From: Octopus sinensis
Taxonomy: Eukaryota
DNA: 64,000 nt
Direction of reading: 5' to 3'
NCBI RefSeq assembly: GCF_006345805.1
Contig: NC_043006.1
Span: forward strand, 55,800,001-55,864,000
Shown one piece after another: positions 41,801-53,578 of the stretch (position 1 is the first letter of the stretch; each line of letters opens with the position of its first letter). Below the pieces are notes generated by a model that saw only the letters and a program-made list of their open reading frames with translations, had not been told where the DNA came from and made no database searches. The position numbers were made by a program, and so were the translations under genes.

Positions 41801-43016
41801 TTTGATTAGTTCAAGTTGTATATTCGGCTAGATTTAGTCAATGACATTCATATAAGACATTGTTAAAACACGATTAAGATAAGCTAAATTTATGCAACGT
41901 AAATAAAAAGGCATGGGAAATTTGGAAATTGAGCGAAATTAAATAAATGTGACTTTTTCGAATGTGTATCTTGTCCTTTGACTTTCAAATTATACTTCAC
42001 AGAGAGGGTATTTGATGTTTCCAAACAATGAAAGCATGAACATTTTCAGAGACACAACGGCCTTTGCTCGATATACGATCGCTAAATAGATGCAAACATT
42101 TAACTAAACCTGGTGCTTGTACGCAATTTTCTTACAGTTCTTTTACTAGTCAATCAAGACGGTCATTACAAAGATAAAATATTGCTACAAAGATAAAATA
42201 TTGCTACTGATTCACGAGCGCCTACTTTATCATAAACAAAAATGATTATGTTTCAGATCATGTTTAACGTAAAAATATAATTTCGGGAAAAACATAAAAA
42301 CATGTTAACCGAAGAATATAAAATAGAAGCAAGTACTAATTTTTTTTACAGATTAGATTAAGTAACTAAGAAATTCCATGAATTCTCTTGTGGGTGACGT
42401 GATATTTTCACAGTGACAATTTACAGATGTTAATTTGAGTAAAGGAAGTGTACCAGTGGTGTAATGGTGGGCTCAGTTATCTACAGAAGCGTAGTTCACT
42501 CGCCGTGGTTCGTCTTGTGCACATTTCCTAGCTTAGTTTCGTGTTTGTAAAGTATCTAATTTAATTTAATACACACACATGTATACACAGATACGTAAGA
42601 ACGTAGATGTATACGTACGTACATACATGCATACATACATACATACATACATACATACATACATACATACATACATACATACATACATGTATGTGTGGGT
42701 GGGCCTCTTTGCGCGTGCATGTTGTTGCTTTTAAATTCAAGCCAGTCTTAATTGAATAGACCTATGGTCAACGATATTCCAGTCGACGAAAGCGACTTTT
42801 GCAAGGCATCTAATGTATCATTATCAAATGTATCATTCCTTGACAGTAACGTCTAATTTGAGAGAGAACATTTCGTTACTATTTCTGGCGTGTTGAAAGA
42901 CCACAGAGCTGAGAACACACCATACCTCCGGAAAATACACGAAGCATATTCATTAAGTATATATAATTAATGATGATGATGATGATGATGATAATAATAA
43001 TAATATTAATATAATA

Positions 43017-43069
<53 letters not shown>

Positions 43070-43070
43070 G

Positions 43071-43769
43071 GACTACCTAATCTCTGGATGTAAAGTCTTA
43101 GCACCAGTGGAGTATAAATTAAGACATGACAGAGTTGGCCAATATCTACACTGGCTAATAAGTCGGCATTACAATATCAAAACTGCCGACAAGTGGTATA
43201 ATCACCACCCTGAGGCTGTAACTGAAGGAGAAAATGTAACCATTCTGTGGGACTTTCCAGTACATACAGACCGAACCATCAAGGCCAATAAACCAGATAT
43301 TGTTGTGAAAGACCAAAACAATAAAGTTTGATTATTGATCGACATGAGCATCCCCTGTGATCATAATATCTCAGCGAAAGAGTTTGACAAGCTCAGAAAA
43401 ATAAAGACCTACTCATTGAAATTGAGAACTGTGGCATCTCAAGGCGGTTACAATACCAGTGATCGTAGGAGCAGTAGGAATGATCAAGAAGGAACCGAAA
43501 ATTATATGAGAATGATCCCTGGCTTACCATCCCTGCAAGAAGTGCAAAAGATTGTCTTAACTGTACATCACACGTATTGAGAAGAGCATTGTCGATGTGA
43601 GAACTGTTGCTGCTCATGTATTTTAATTTAACTTAAAAAAAAAATAAATGAACGAACTATTGAGTTTTGTTTAATGGCCTACCAATGTATACTATGAGAT
43701 TCTTTGCCCTAGGAGTCGGGAAGACACTCGGCAAGAAATGGAAGCAAATTTGAAAGAAGAAAAAAAAAG

Positions 43770-43770
<1 letters not shown>
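43071..43770 (+). mobile_element. R4/Dong-type LINE 3' fragment between (TAA)n tracts
   Basis: HDRVGQYLHW, ILWDFPVHTDRTIKANKPDIVV and IDMSIPCDHNISAKEFDKL. Confidence 0.9.
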
Positions 43771-43845
<75 letters not shown>

Positions 43846-43846
<1 letters not shown>

Positions 43847-45662
43847 TACGGCAAAACGATCAGCCACCTTTTATATATGGATGACATGAAACTATACGCT
43901 ACAAATGACAAACAGCTGGAAACACTATTAAAGACAGTTAATGGATTTACCAAAGAAATAGATATGAAATTTGGTTTAGAGAAATGCGCCAAAGTAACCC
44001 TGAAAAGAGGAAAACTAGTTATGAGTAGCAACATCACACTAGATAAAACCAATGAAATAAAAGAATTAGACCAAAGCCAACTTACAAATACTTAGGAATC
44101 CATGAACTAGATAAGACACAACACACACAAATGAAAAAGAAAATAAAAAAAGAATATTATAGACGAGTTAGATCAATACTGAAAACAGAGCTCAATGCTA
44201 AAAACAAGATAATAGGTATCAACACTTTAGCCGTCCCAGTTATAAGTTACAGCTACAATATCCTTAACTGGACACTAAATGAACTGACCAAAATAGATAG
44301 GAAACAAGAAAAATAATGACAGGATCTAGGATGCATCACCCAAAATCTGACATATAAAGGCTATATATACAACGTATAGAAGGTGGAGAGGCCTTATGCA
44401 GCTGAAAACTACTATAAAATAACACCATAGGACTGCAAAAATATCTACTTCGGAAGGAAGGAAAACTGATACAATAGCGGCAAAACACACGAGCAAAACA
44501 AAAAACTGTTCTCAGTATTTTAAGGAAGCTGACAAATACAAACAAGAATCATACCACCTAACAAATATGAAGAAGAAGAAGAAGAAGAAGAAGAAGAAGA
44601 AGAAGAAGAAGAAGAAGAAGAAGAAGAAGGACGAAGAAGAAGAAGAAGAAGAAGAAAAGAAGAAGAAGAAGAAGAAGAAGAGAAGAACAACAAAAGCTAT
44701 AAAACAAATGAATCCAACTAAAATAGAACAGCAACGAACTGTGATAAAACGATGGCAAGAAAAGCCCTTTCATGGCAAATACTGGAGTAAACTAAATGTA
44801 AAGAAATAGACAAAAAAAAATCCCAGCAATGGTTGAGAACTCAGGACTCAAAGCAGAGACAGAAGGATTTTTAATTGCAGCACAAAACCAAAGCCTCCCC
44901 ACCAGATTAACCACCAAACATGTAATGAAAAGAAATATAACAAGTAACTGCAGAATATGTGGAGATGGACAAGAAACAATAAATCATATCATCTCTGGCT
45001 GCCCAGTCCTGGCTAAGAAGGCATATATTCACAGACAACACAGAGTTGGGACCTATATACCTGGAAGCTATGCCAACATTATGAAATAACAACAAAAAAA
45101 ATAGTACAAGAACAGGCACACACATGCCAACATATGAAAATAAAACAACAGAAAAAGATAGTACAGGCACACACAGAAAAGGTCACAGAAAACGAGAAAG
45201 CAACCATAATCTGGGATATGCCAATACACACAGATAGAGAATTAAGGCCAACAGACCAGATTAGTTGTCGAGATCATGAAGAAAAAAAATGCTTCTAAAT
45301 GATGTATCAATACCAGCAGATGACAACGTGTCTCTAAAAGAAATGGAGAAAACTCTCAAATCCAAAGACTGGAAATAGAGGTAACCAGAATGTGGAATAT
45401 GAAAACAGAAACAATTCCTATCATAATAGGTACATAAGGCATGATAAAAAAATATTCAGACAAATACATAACAAAAAACACCAGGACTTACCAAACACAT
45501 ATAACATACAGAAAAATTGCAATACTAGGCACTGCACACAGCCTACGAGAACACTTTCCATACAGTAACCATCAGAGCATCACAACAAATCACAGCACAT
45601 ACCCAAGGCACACAGAGCTGCGCTCGGTAGTGAAGTGAAAGCACGCTATAAAAATAAAACTA

Positions 45663-45668
<6 letters not shown>
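43846..45668 (+). mobile_element. R4/Dong-type LINE from RT motif YMDD to the 3' end, flanked by (TAA)n
   Basis: HLLYMDDMKLYA, FGLEKCAK, GLKAETEGFLIAAQNQSL, CRIC...ETINHIISGCPVL, IWDMPIHTD and ANRPD, with many 1-bp frameshifts. Confidence 0.92.
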
Positions 45669-45727
<59 letters not shown>

Positions 45728-45747
45728 TAATAATAATAATAATAATA

Positions 45748-46240
45748 CAGTTCCAGACAAAAGTGGGACTCAAAAACCAAAGCCATCCCCATTAGAAGAG
45801 GAATATTTCTGGGAGACACACCCTCTCCTTCCTTTTCTAATTAGTACTGACACCTTTATCTGACATACTAAACAGAACTGGATGTGGATACAACTGTTAC
45901 GGCAAAACAATCAGCCACCTCTTATATATGGATGACCTAAAATTGTATGCTACAAATGATAAACAACTGGAAACATTACAACAGACAGTACATGGATTTA
46001 CCAAAGAAATAAATATGAAATTTGGCTCAGAAAAATTTGCCAAAGCAACCTTGAAAAGAGGGAAACTAGTTAAGAGTAGCAGCATCAAGCTAGATAAAAT
46101 AAATGAAATAAGAGAATTAGACCAAAGCCAAACTTACAAATATTTAGGAATCAATGAACTAGATACGATACAACATACACAAATGAAAGAGAAAATAAAA
46201 AAAGAATACTATAGACAAGTTAGATTAATACTGAAAACTA
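45748..46240 (+). mobile_element. R4/Dong-type LINE RT fragment
   Basis: RGIFLGD (QGD motif region), HLLYMDDLKLYA and YKYLGI; paralogous to 43846-44190. Confidence 0.88.
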
Positions 46241-46548
46241 TTGTGTCTGTGTGTGTTAATGTTAGCATTTTCAAGCGCTTTTTAATAGCGTAGCTAAGCA
46301 TATACTGATGGTGTGATTCTATAATGAGAGTAGAGTAAAACTTATGAATATCAAGTTGACTGGAACTTCATATTTTGTCTATCCGCTTGAAGGGCTCAGT
46401 GAAGGAGCATTTTACTTGTGATTTCCTTAAATAAAAGAATTTTTTGTTAAATAAATGAAGTAGGCATAATTGGTGTTGCCATTTGTTACAAATTTCAATG
46501 AATGGTTAGATGGTGATTTCTTTTCTTCTTCTGGGATTTCCGTTTTTC

Positions 46549-46582
46549 GTTCCGACGAAGAACTATGCTCGAAGCGTCAAAA
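46549..46582 (+). ncRNA. Degenerate minimal hammerhead motif
   Basis: tt CCGACGA agaactatgctc GAAGCGTC aa, resembling CYGANGA-gagc...gctc-GAAACGTC with two substitutions. Confidence 0.4.
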
Positions 46583-47374
46583 GCTCATCTTACTGGGCAT
46601 CAAGCTAATACATCTCATGTGAACGTACTCTAGTTGTTTGTTGCTGTTTGGCTTAATGCTCGTTTATTTGATTAGACTAAGAAGATAGCTGAGTAGGATG
46701 ATCGATGAAAAGGAAGCTTGGTGGGGAGAGATTGAGTGGAGAAAGAGAACAGGCTACGAGAAGGGTTATTGAATATAGGTTGATATAAAGCTAAACTGCA
46801 ACCAGTAGTTTAGCATAGTATAGGGCAGCCACTGGGAAACTGTGATCCCCGCAACTTCTTGAATGAAACAGCTAACGAAAATTTACTTTGAAAGTGTTTC
46901 GTAGCGCCGGTCTCATGTGGCCGAGATCTCGAAAGAAGGTTACCCATGCTTGGTTTAAGTATTTTGTAAGTGGATTAAGTTTTACATAATAAAGTTAGTG
47001 CCATATTGAAATGTATAGGGAAAATATTGAACTTTCAAAGCAAGTGTATATGTGTGTATGTTAGAGAAATTAATGTAAAAATTACTGTTAAAATATACCT
47101 TTCATTTTTCTACATATAAAACTAGAAATAAACCCTGGAAGATATTACCTCTATAAAGAGTTTAAAGAAAAGTAATAAACAAGATAGTTATCTATATTCA
47201 TAGTCATTCAGTGTATCTTCGGATGACGAATCTTTCAATCGTGATGCATAATATTATAACAATGCTTTAGAAATTAGCAGTTTAAAAGCGAAAGTAAAAG
47301 TAAACTACATAAAACATTGAATAATATATAAAAATTAAAATTAAAAAACGTAAAAAATATTTTTCAGTCTATGG

Positions 47375-47744
47375 TTCTTTATTGCCTACAAGGGGCTAAA
47401 TATAGAGAGGGCAGACAAAGGCATTAAGTCGATTACATCGACCCCAGTGCGTAACTGGTACTTATTTAATCGACACCGAAAGGATGAAAGTCAAAGTCGA
47501 CCTCGGCAGAATTTGAACTCAGAACGTAGCGGCAGACGAAATACCTATTTCTTTACTACCCACAAGGGGCTAAACACAGAGAGAACAAAGAAGGACAGAC
47601 AAACGGATTAAGTCGATTATATCGACCCCAGTGCGTAACTGGTAATTATTTAATCGACCCCTAAAGGATGGAAGACAAAGTCGACCTCGGCAGAATTTGA
47701 ACTCAGAACGTAGCGGCAGATGAAATACCTCTAAGCATTTCTCC
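47375..47744 (-). mobile_element. SINE family A, internally duplicated, head cut by the 363-bp unit
   Basis: Reverse complement of the family A body, present twice. Confidence 0.88.
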
Positions 47745-48171
47745 CTGACCAGCGGCAGCGATTATTCTTATATCTATAAGAATTCCATATTAATATGGCG
47801 ATAACAATTAATTTCCAGTAAACGCTGTCGTAATCTCTTTTATAGAGACTTAGTAATTTTAATATTTCTATTATTGAAAACAAGTGGATGTATTCCACTG
47901 AAACTAGGTAAATATAAGCCTTCGAACAGAGACGTCAGTGGCGACACCTGCGGGGTCTGACTGCGCTACATTGACAAGGGGCAATACCCCGAAACGCGTC
48001 TGTAGCTGTCGGAACTGGCAGTGTGAAGCGGCTGACCTCCCTTGTTCGAAGTTATAATGGATACAGATCGTGTATCAATAGCTATCTTAAGCGGTGGCCT
48101 CATGGAGCTGACCAGCGGCAGCGATTATTCTTATATCTATAGAATGCCTTATTAATATGGCGATAACAATT
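47745..48171 (+). mobile_element. Non-coding 363-bp unit bounded by ~64-bp direct repeats (retrozyme-like or solo PLE pLTR)
   Basis: ctgaccagcggcagcgattattcttatatctata...ttaatatggcgataacaatt occurs at 47745-47809 and 48108-48171. A hammerhead lies inside and the track shows no ORF. It abuts a truncated SINE on the left and (TA)n on the right. Confidence 0.7.
47965..48006 (+). ncRNA. Minimal type I hammerhead ribozyme (U3:A8 core)
   Basis: gctaca TTGACAA gggg-caata-cccc GAAA CGC GTC tgtagc: 6-bp stem I, compensated core, 4-bp stem II, palindromic ACGCGT stem III, GUC cleavage triplet. Confidence 0.85.
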
Positions 48172-48175
48172 TATA

Positions 48176-48216
<41 letters not shown>

Positions 48217-48221
<5 letters not shown>

Positions 48222-49671
48222 ATAAACGGTAAGATACAAAAGAAGAAAGAGACCTCAATATTATGTAAATAGAGGAAATTTATCTATACAATATGTTACA
48301 TTACTCGGTAGTCAAGATAAAACTCTGAGTTTCAGATGCCGAAGTGGAAATCCACAACACCATCTCTTCGGTTATCTGGCTATTTGAAAACGTTATGAAA
48401 AAATACCGTTAAAAATGAAGGGAAATTACTCTGTTATAACTCTGCTTTGCCTGCGTACTTATCATCGCTCGCATTTTTCGTCATAAAAATTATATAAAAA
48501 TACATAAAAATATATAAAAATATATAAAATATATAAAATCTCTTGGGACATAACACAGAAAGCATGTTCTATCCGTTTTCTTTAGGGGACCAAAAACGTA
48601 ACAGAAATTTAGTCACATGTGGGCATGATCCGAAAAGCTCTGTCCTTGTATTTAGACATGTGGTAGGGTCTAAGCTGCTTTTCCAGATAAGCCATCTCTC
48701 CATGTCGCATAAACCGCACCTTCCGCTGCCGTTAGTATAGGGCTTACATCTGGCCAAAATCTTCCATTGTATGTTATAATCGACACCTTTATCTCTTAAA
48801 GACCAAATATGATTGGATAATTGTGTCGCTTTTCTTTTGTTCCAGTGCCTAAGCTCAAAGTGTGGTTATTGAACCTGGCCTTGAAATTACCCTCTGTCAG
48901 GCCCACGTATTTCTTCGTCGAAAACGGTGTCTTTAGTGGTTATAGAGTTTACGGTAGCTTCATATATGATGGTCTTGGACATGCAAGCTCCATTTAGCGG
49001 GCACAATTCTTTATTCCTGCATGAACAGCTGTTTTCTTCTTGTGTTTTTTGTATGTTATGATTGATTATGTTTTAAAATTGGTAGTTGAACTAAAACTAA
49101 TTTTTAAATTGTGTCTATTAAAGAGTTTCCTATAAGCATGGTTAACTGGAAAATGTCTATCTATCAGTGCTAGGAAATATTACCTATATTGAAGGCCACC
49201 TCGGGTGAGTAAGGGGGCGTAAACCAGATGACCTTCCTATTTCTATTATTCCTTTTCCTTATTGTTGGGCTGGTGATAGGTGTATATTTTATTTTTTCGC
49301 TAAAACCACTATCTTTTAAAGCTTTATTATAAACTGGGGCAACGCTATTGAAGATGTCCTCATTAGATGAGAGGCTAGAAATCCTCTTACTAATATTTTT
49401 AACTAAATTTTTGAATACTATAGGGGGATGGCATGAACCTACATTAATATAACTTAGTCTATCATTGGGCTTCCTATAAGGCTTATAAATATTATTATTA
49501 AGATCTAAGGAAACGTCTAAGAAATTGACAACCGTCAGGTTAGTGTCTATAGTTATACTAAGTCCGAAGTGTTTCATTAACTGGATAATATCCTTCCTAA
49601 AACGATCTTGTGCTGGTCCATTTGTATTAGCTGTTAAGGCGAGGGCATCATCTTTGTAGATGGCGAAATGT
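48217..49671 (-). mobile_element. Penelope-like retroelement (Naiad-like), 5'-truncated; left arm of the palindrome
   Basis: ORF pieces 49170-49577 and 48569-48757 encode the RT C-terminus/thumb (NFLDVSLDL..YKPYRKPND..YINVGSCHPP) and the GIY-YIG tail. The arm is the reverse complement of 49672-51129. Confidence 0.9.
48315..48377 (-). ncRNA. Mirror copy of the PLE hammerhead motif
   Basis: Reverse complement of 50967-51029. Confidence 0.65.
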
Positions 49672-51244
49672 ACATTTCGCCATCTACAAAGATGATGCCC
49701 TCGCCTTAACAGCTATACAAATGGACCAGCACAAGATCGTTTTAGGAAGGATATTATCCAGTTAATGAAACACTTCGGACTTAGTATAACTATAGACACT
49801 AACCTGACGGTTGTCAATTTCTTAGACGTTTCCTTAGATCTTAATAATAATATTTATAAGCCTTATAGGAAGCCCAATGATAGACTAAGTTATATTAATG
49901 TAGGTTCATGCCATCCCCCTATAGTATTCAAAAATTTAGTTAAAAATATTAGTAAGAGGATTTCTAGCCTCTCATCTAATGAGGACATCTTCAATAGCGT
50001 TGCCCCAGTTTATAATAAAGCTTTAAAAGATAGTGGTTTAGCGAAAAATAAAATATACACCTATCACCAGCCCAACAATAAGGAAAAGGAATAATAGAAA
50101 TAGGAAGGTCATCTGGTTTACGCCCCCTTACTCACCCGAGGTGGCCTTCAATATAGGTAAATATTTCCTAGCACTGATAGATAGACATTTTCCAGTTAAC
50201 CATGCTTATAGGAAACTCTTCAATAGACACAATTTAAAAATTAGTTTTAGTTCAACTACCAATTTTAAAAACATAATCAATCATAACATACAAAAAAACA
50301 CAAGAAGAAAACAGCTGTTCATGCAGGAATAAAGAATTGTGCCCGCTAAATGGAGCTTGCATGTCCAAGACCATCATATATGAAGCTACCGTAAACTCTA
50401 TAACCACTAAAGACACCGTTTCGACGAAGAAATACGTGGGCCTGACAGAGGGTAATTTCAAGGCCAGGTTCAATAACCACACTTTGAGCTTTAGGCACTG
50501 GAACAAAAGAAAAGCGACACAATTATCCAATCATATTTGGTCTTTAAGAGATAAAGGTGTCGATTATAACATACAATGGAAGATTTTGGCCAGATGTAAG
50601 CCCTATACTAACGGCAGCGGAAGGTGCGGTTTATGCGACATGGAGAGATGGCTTATCTGGAAAGCAGCTTAGACCCTACCACATGTCTAAATACAAGGAC
50701 AGAGCTTTTCGGATCATGCCCACATGTACTAAATTTCTGTTACGTTTTTGGTCCCCTAAAGAAAACGGATAGAACATGCTTTCTGTGTTATGTCCCAAGA
50801 AGATTTTATATATTTTTATATATTTTTATATATTTTTATGTATTTTTATATAATTTTTATGACGAAAAATGCGAGCGATGTATAAGTACGCAGGCAAAGC
50901 AGAGTTATAACAGAGTAATTTCCCTTCATTTTTAACGGTATTTTTTCATAACGTTTTCAAATAGCCAGATAACCGAAGAGATGGTGTTGTGGATTTCCAC
51001 TTCGGCATCTGAAACTCAGAGTTTTATCTTGACTACCGAGTAATGTAACATATTGTATAGATAAATTTCCTCTATTTACATAATATTGAGGTCTCTTTCT
51101 TTCTTTTGTATCTTACCGTTTTATCAATAAATCACCTCCCGGACGACGTTATTCTCAACTAAGAGCTAATACGACCTTTTGGGATTATCGCCTAACATCG
51201 GTTTGAGGACTCTCACAAACAAAAGAATCTAATATGGACGCATA

Positions 51245-51248
<4 letters not shown>
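49672..51248 (+). mobile_element. Penelope-like retroelement (Naiad-like), 5'-truncated at RT motif C; right arm plus pLTR-like extension
   Basis: Reads IYKDD (RT catalytic motif), NFLDVSL, SCHPP, WFTPPYS, linker CSCRNKELCPLNGAC, GIY-YIG-like IIYEA...KYVGLTEGNFKARFNNH, CGLC and LNTRTEL. The 3' non-coding region holds a hammerhead motif and the element ends in (TA)n. Confidence 0.9.
50967..51029 (+). ncRNA. Type I hammerhead ribozyme motif in the PLE 3'/pLTR region
   Basis: Stem I agataa/ttatct; core CCGAAGA; stem II gatg...catc with an inner gtgga/tccac hairpin; GAAA; short stem III actc-a-gagt; GUU triplet. Confidence 0.65.
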
Positions 51249-51283
<35 letters not shown>

Positions 51284-52220
51284 TATATATATAGACAAAC
51301 ACTTATATATGTATACACACACATATGTATAAGTGTGTATTTGTGTACGTTAAAAAAAAAATATATATGTGTGTGCATATATATGTATAAATGTAAGCCT
51401 GACGGCTGAATGGAATGTAGAGCAATAAATTGCTTTATATCGGTATTATTTGGGTTTTGATGTGTATATACAATGTATTTATTTTTCTGTCCGTTTCTGT
51501 CCGTGTAGTTTCGTTTTCCGTTTTGTTTTATAAATATCGATAAATATATGTATGTAAGCAAAGAAATAATGGGGATATATGTAGATATAGCTTATTTTAT
51601 TTAATTTGTTGTTTAATCTTATTGTCAGTGTGTGGGAGATTTCGTTTGTATTGTATTAATTTGTTTTTGTTGTATGCATTTATTTAAATGTTTTTTTCGT
51701 TGACCGTATCGAATTGATTTTGTTTTTCGTTTTGTTTCTATAAACGGAAAATTATTAATCTCTCTTGCCTTCTAATAGTCAAATTAAAAAATTTAAATTT
51801 GTTTTAATATATATAAAATAATGTACTTACATAAATAGATACGTGTGTATGAATTGTATATGTATGTAAATTGTAAAAAAATATATATATGTATATATAT
51901 GTAGATGAATAACTAAACGCGTGCAAGTGTATATGCATCTGTATATACGTACGCATGTGTCTAAGTATGTATACATAAATGATAGGTGTATGTGTGTATA
52001 TATAAGTATGTATAAATATATACATAAACGTCTGTACTGTGCAAATAAATCGGTTATAGAACGGAATAGTTATAGTTTTAAATTTATGAATCTACAAAAT
52101 TTCAGTTAGATTATTTACTTTTTTTATGATTAAGCTCGTTCTTATATAGCGTCTTCGTAATAATTTAGAAATTATAAATATATCCATTTGATAATTTTCG
52201 TCAAATGTCTAAGAAGATAT

Positions 52221-52303
52221 ATCTATCTGATGAAGCATCATCACATATTTAAACGGATTTAAACGTTTTATTAATGAAGTGGAAACAGCTGTAATTTATG
52301 AGA
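52221..52303 (+). ncRNA. Hammerhead-like motif with long stem II in a probable PLE pLTR relic (~51370-52385)
   Basis: CTGATGA at 52227-52233 and GAAACAGCTGTA at 52282-52293, the same stem III as at 6100-6112. Stems I and II are degraded. Confidence 0.5.
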
Positions 52304-52381
52304 TGTGTCATTTGTTTGTATGAAATATTTAAATTGAACTGAAATTATAATTGTTCAATTTATTGTTTTGTTTTCCATTTT

Positions 52382-52442
<61 letters not shown>

Positions 52443-52447
<5 letters not shown>

Positions 52448-53300
52448 GATGTTTGGGCTAAATTTGACAGTACACTTTGCATAAAGGGAAACCAAAACAC
52501 AGTTTCCTATTCCATAACTAAAGTATTAAAAAGATTTTAAATATCAACTAGATTATCCTGGAGGATATCATCTTCCACCACGGCCGGATGACGCCTTTGG
52601 GACCTGGTTACACGTACTTCACTGCGTCGCTGGGAACATCTTCGAACACCTCCTTGATACCCGCCTGGTCGGCTTTGTTGTTACAGTCAGAGCGGTTGGT
52701 GCATTTTTCAACCACGCCCCACATGTAGTATTTCATGGGATTACATTTGTGTGTATTAGGGGCCAGAAATTGGGGATTGTGAAGACGTAGAAATTCTCCG
52801 AAGACCACTTCCACAGATGTGGTAAGGAGCCAATTCCTACTGCCAAACATAGACACTTCCAGCAACCCTCTTCAGCCAAGGATTAGTCTTCAGCAGTCTT
52901 CAGCAGCTGCATAGAGCCACATCAGTCTTCAGCAGCTGCATAGACCCGTCTTGATTGAGCTAAAGGCTCTGTAGGGATTGATTCTGGCGTGGAGACGCAG
53001 TAAGAACGTCTGCTGTATTCCTTTCTGCTGGTCACCGTTTTGTAGTTCACGTTGCTGCTGTCCATGTCACGTCTTATAGCTTTTACAGTGTTCACAGACC
53101 ATTGAGTGGTAGTTATGAAATTGTTATTTGGAAATCCGGCTTTTCCAACATTCAGATGGCATCCATTTCACCGTGTCAGCTAACATTTTTCAACTACAAC
53201 TTCAGTCTTTATGCGATCCAACACCGTTAACTATTCACCAAATATCAAGCTGTTCCTGAAAAAAGGAGACATAAAAAATCATCAAATTTAGCACCCTTGA
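52443..53300 (-). mobile_element. Internally deleted maT/DD37D-like Tc1/mariner element
   Basis: ORF 52608-52865 contains PN..CNPM.YYMWGVVEK; terminal inverted match gctaaatttga / tcaaatttagc. Confidence 0.65.
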
Positions 53301-53417
53301 CTTTTAATTCATCCGAAGTAAACAGTTTTTCTCATGATGTAATCGGTTCTACTCATCAATAGAAAACGCATCTTAAAAAGCTATAATGAACCTTAACCCA
53401 TTGGTGTTCTTGCTTTC

Positions 53418-53456
<39 letters not shown>

Positions 53457-53487
53457 CCGAATTTTATTGTATTAAGTATCCATCACG

Positions 53488-53578
53488 GTTGGTCTTACCA
53501 ATCAGTTTCGCGCAAAAAAAAAAACATGGATTGTTAGGTAACAATCCAATTATATAATTATGCTCATCAGAAGTAGCC
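53488..53578 (-). ncRNA. Hammerhead-like motif with long stem II
   Basis: Reverse strand CTGATGA gc...ggattgtta-cc-taacaatcc...gc GAAAC tgattg GTA. Stem I is weak; adjacent to (TA)n. Confidence 0.45.

Noticed and set aside
50300-50772. Possible selenocysteine (UGA) recoding, as reported for some Naiad PLEs
   Set aside because: The conserved Cys positions I read are TGT or TGC. The ORF breaks are 1-bp indels, not in-frame TGA.
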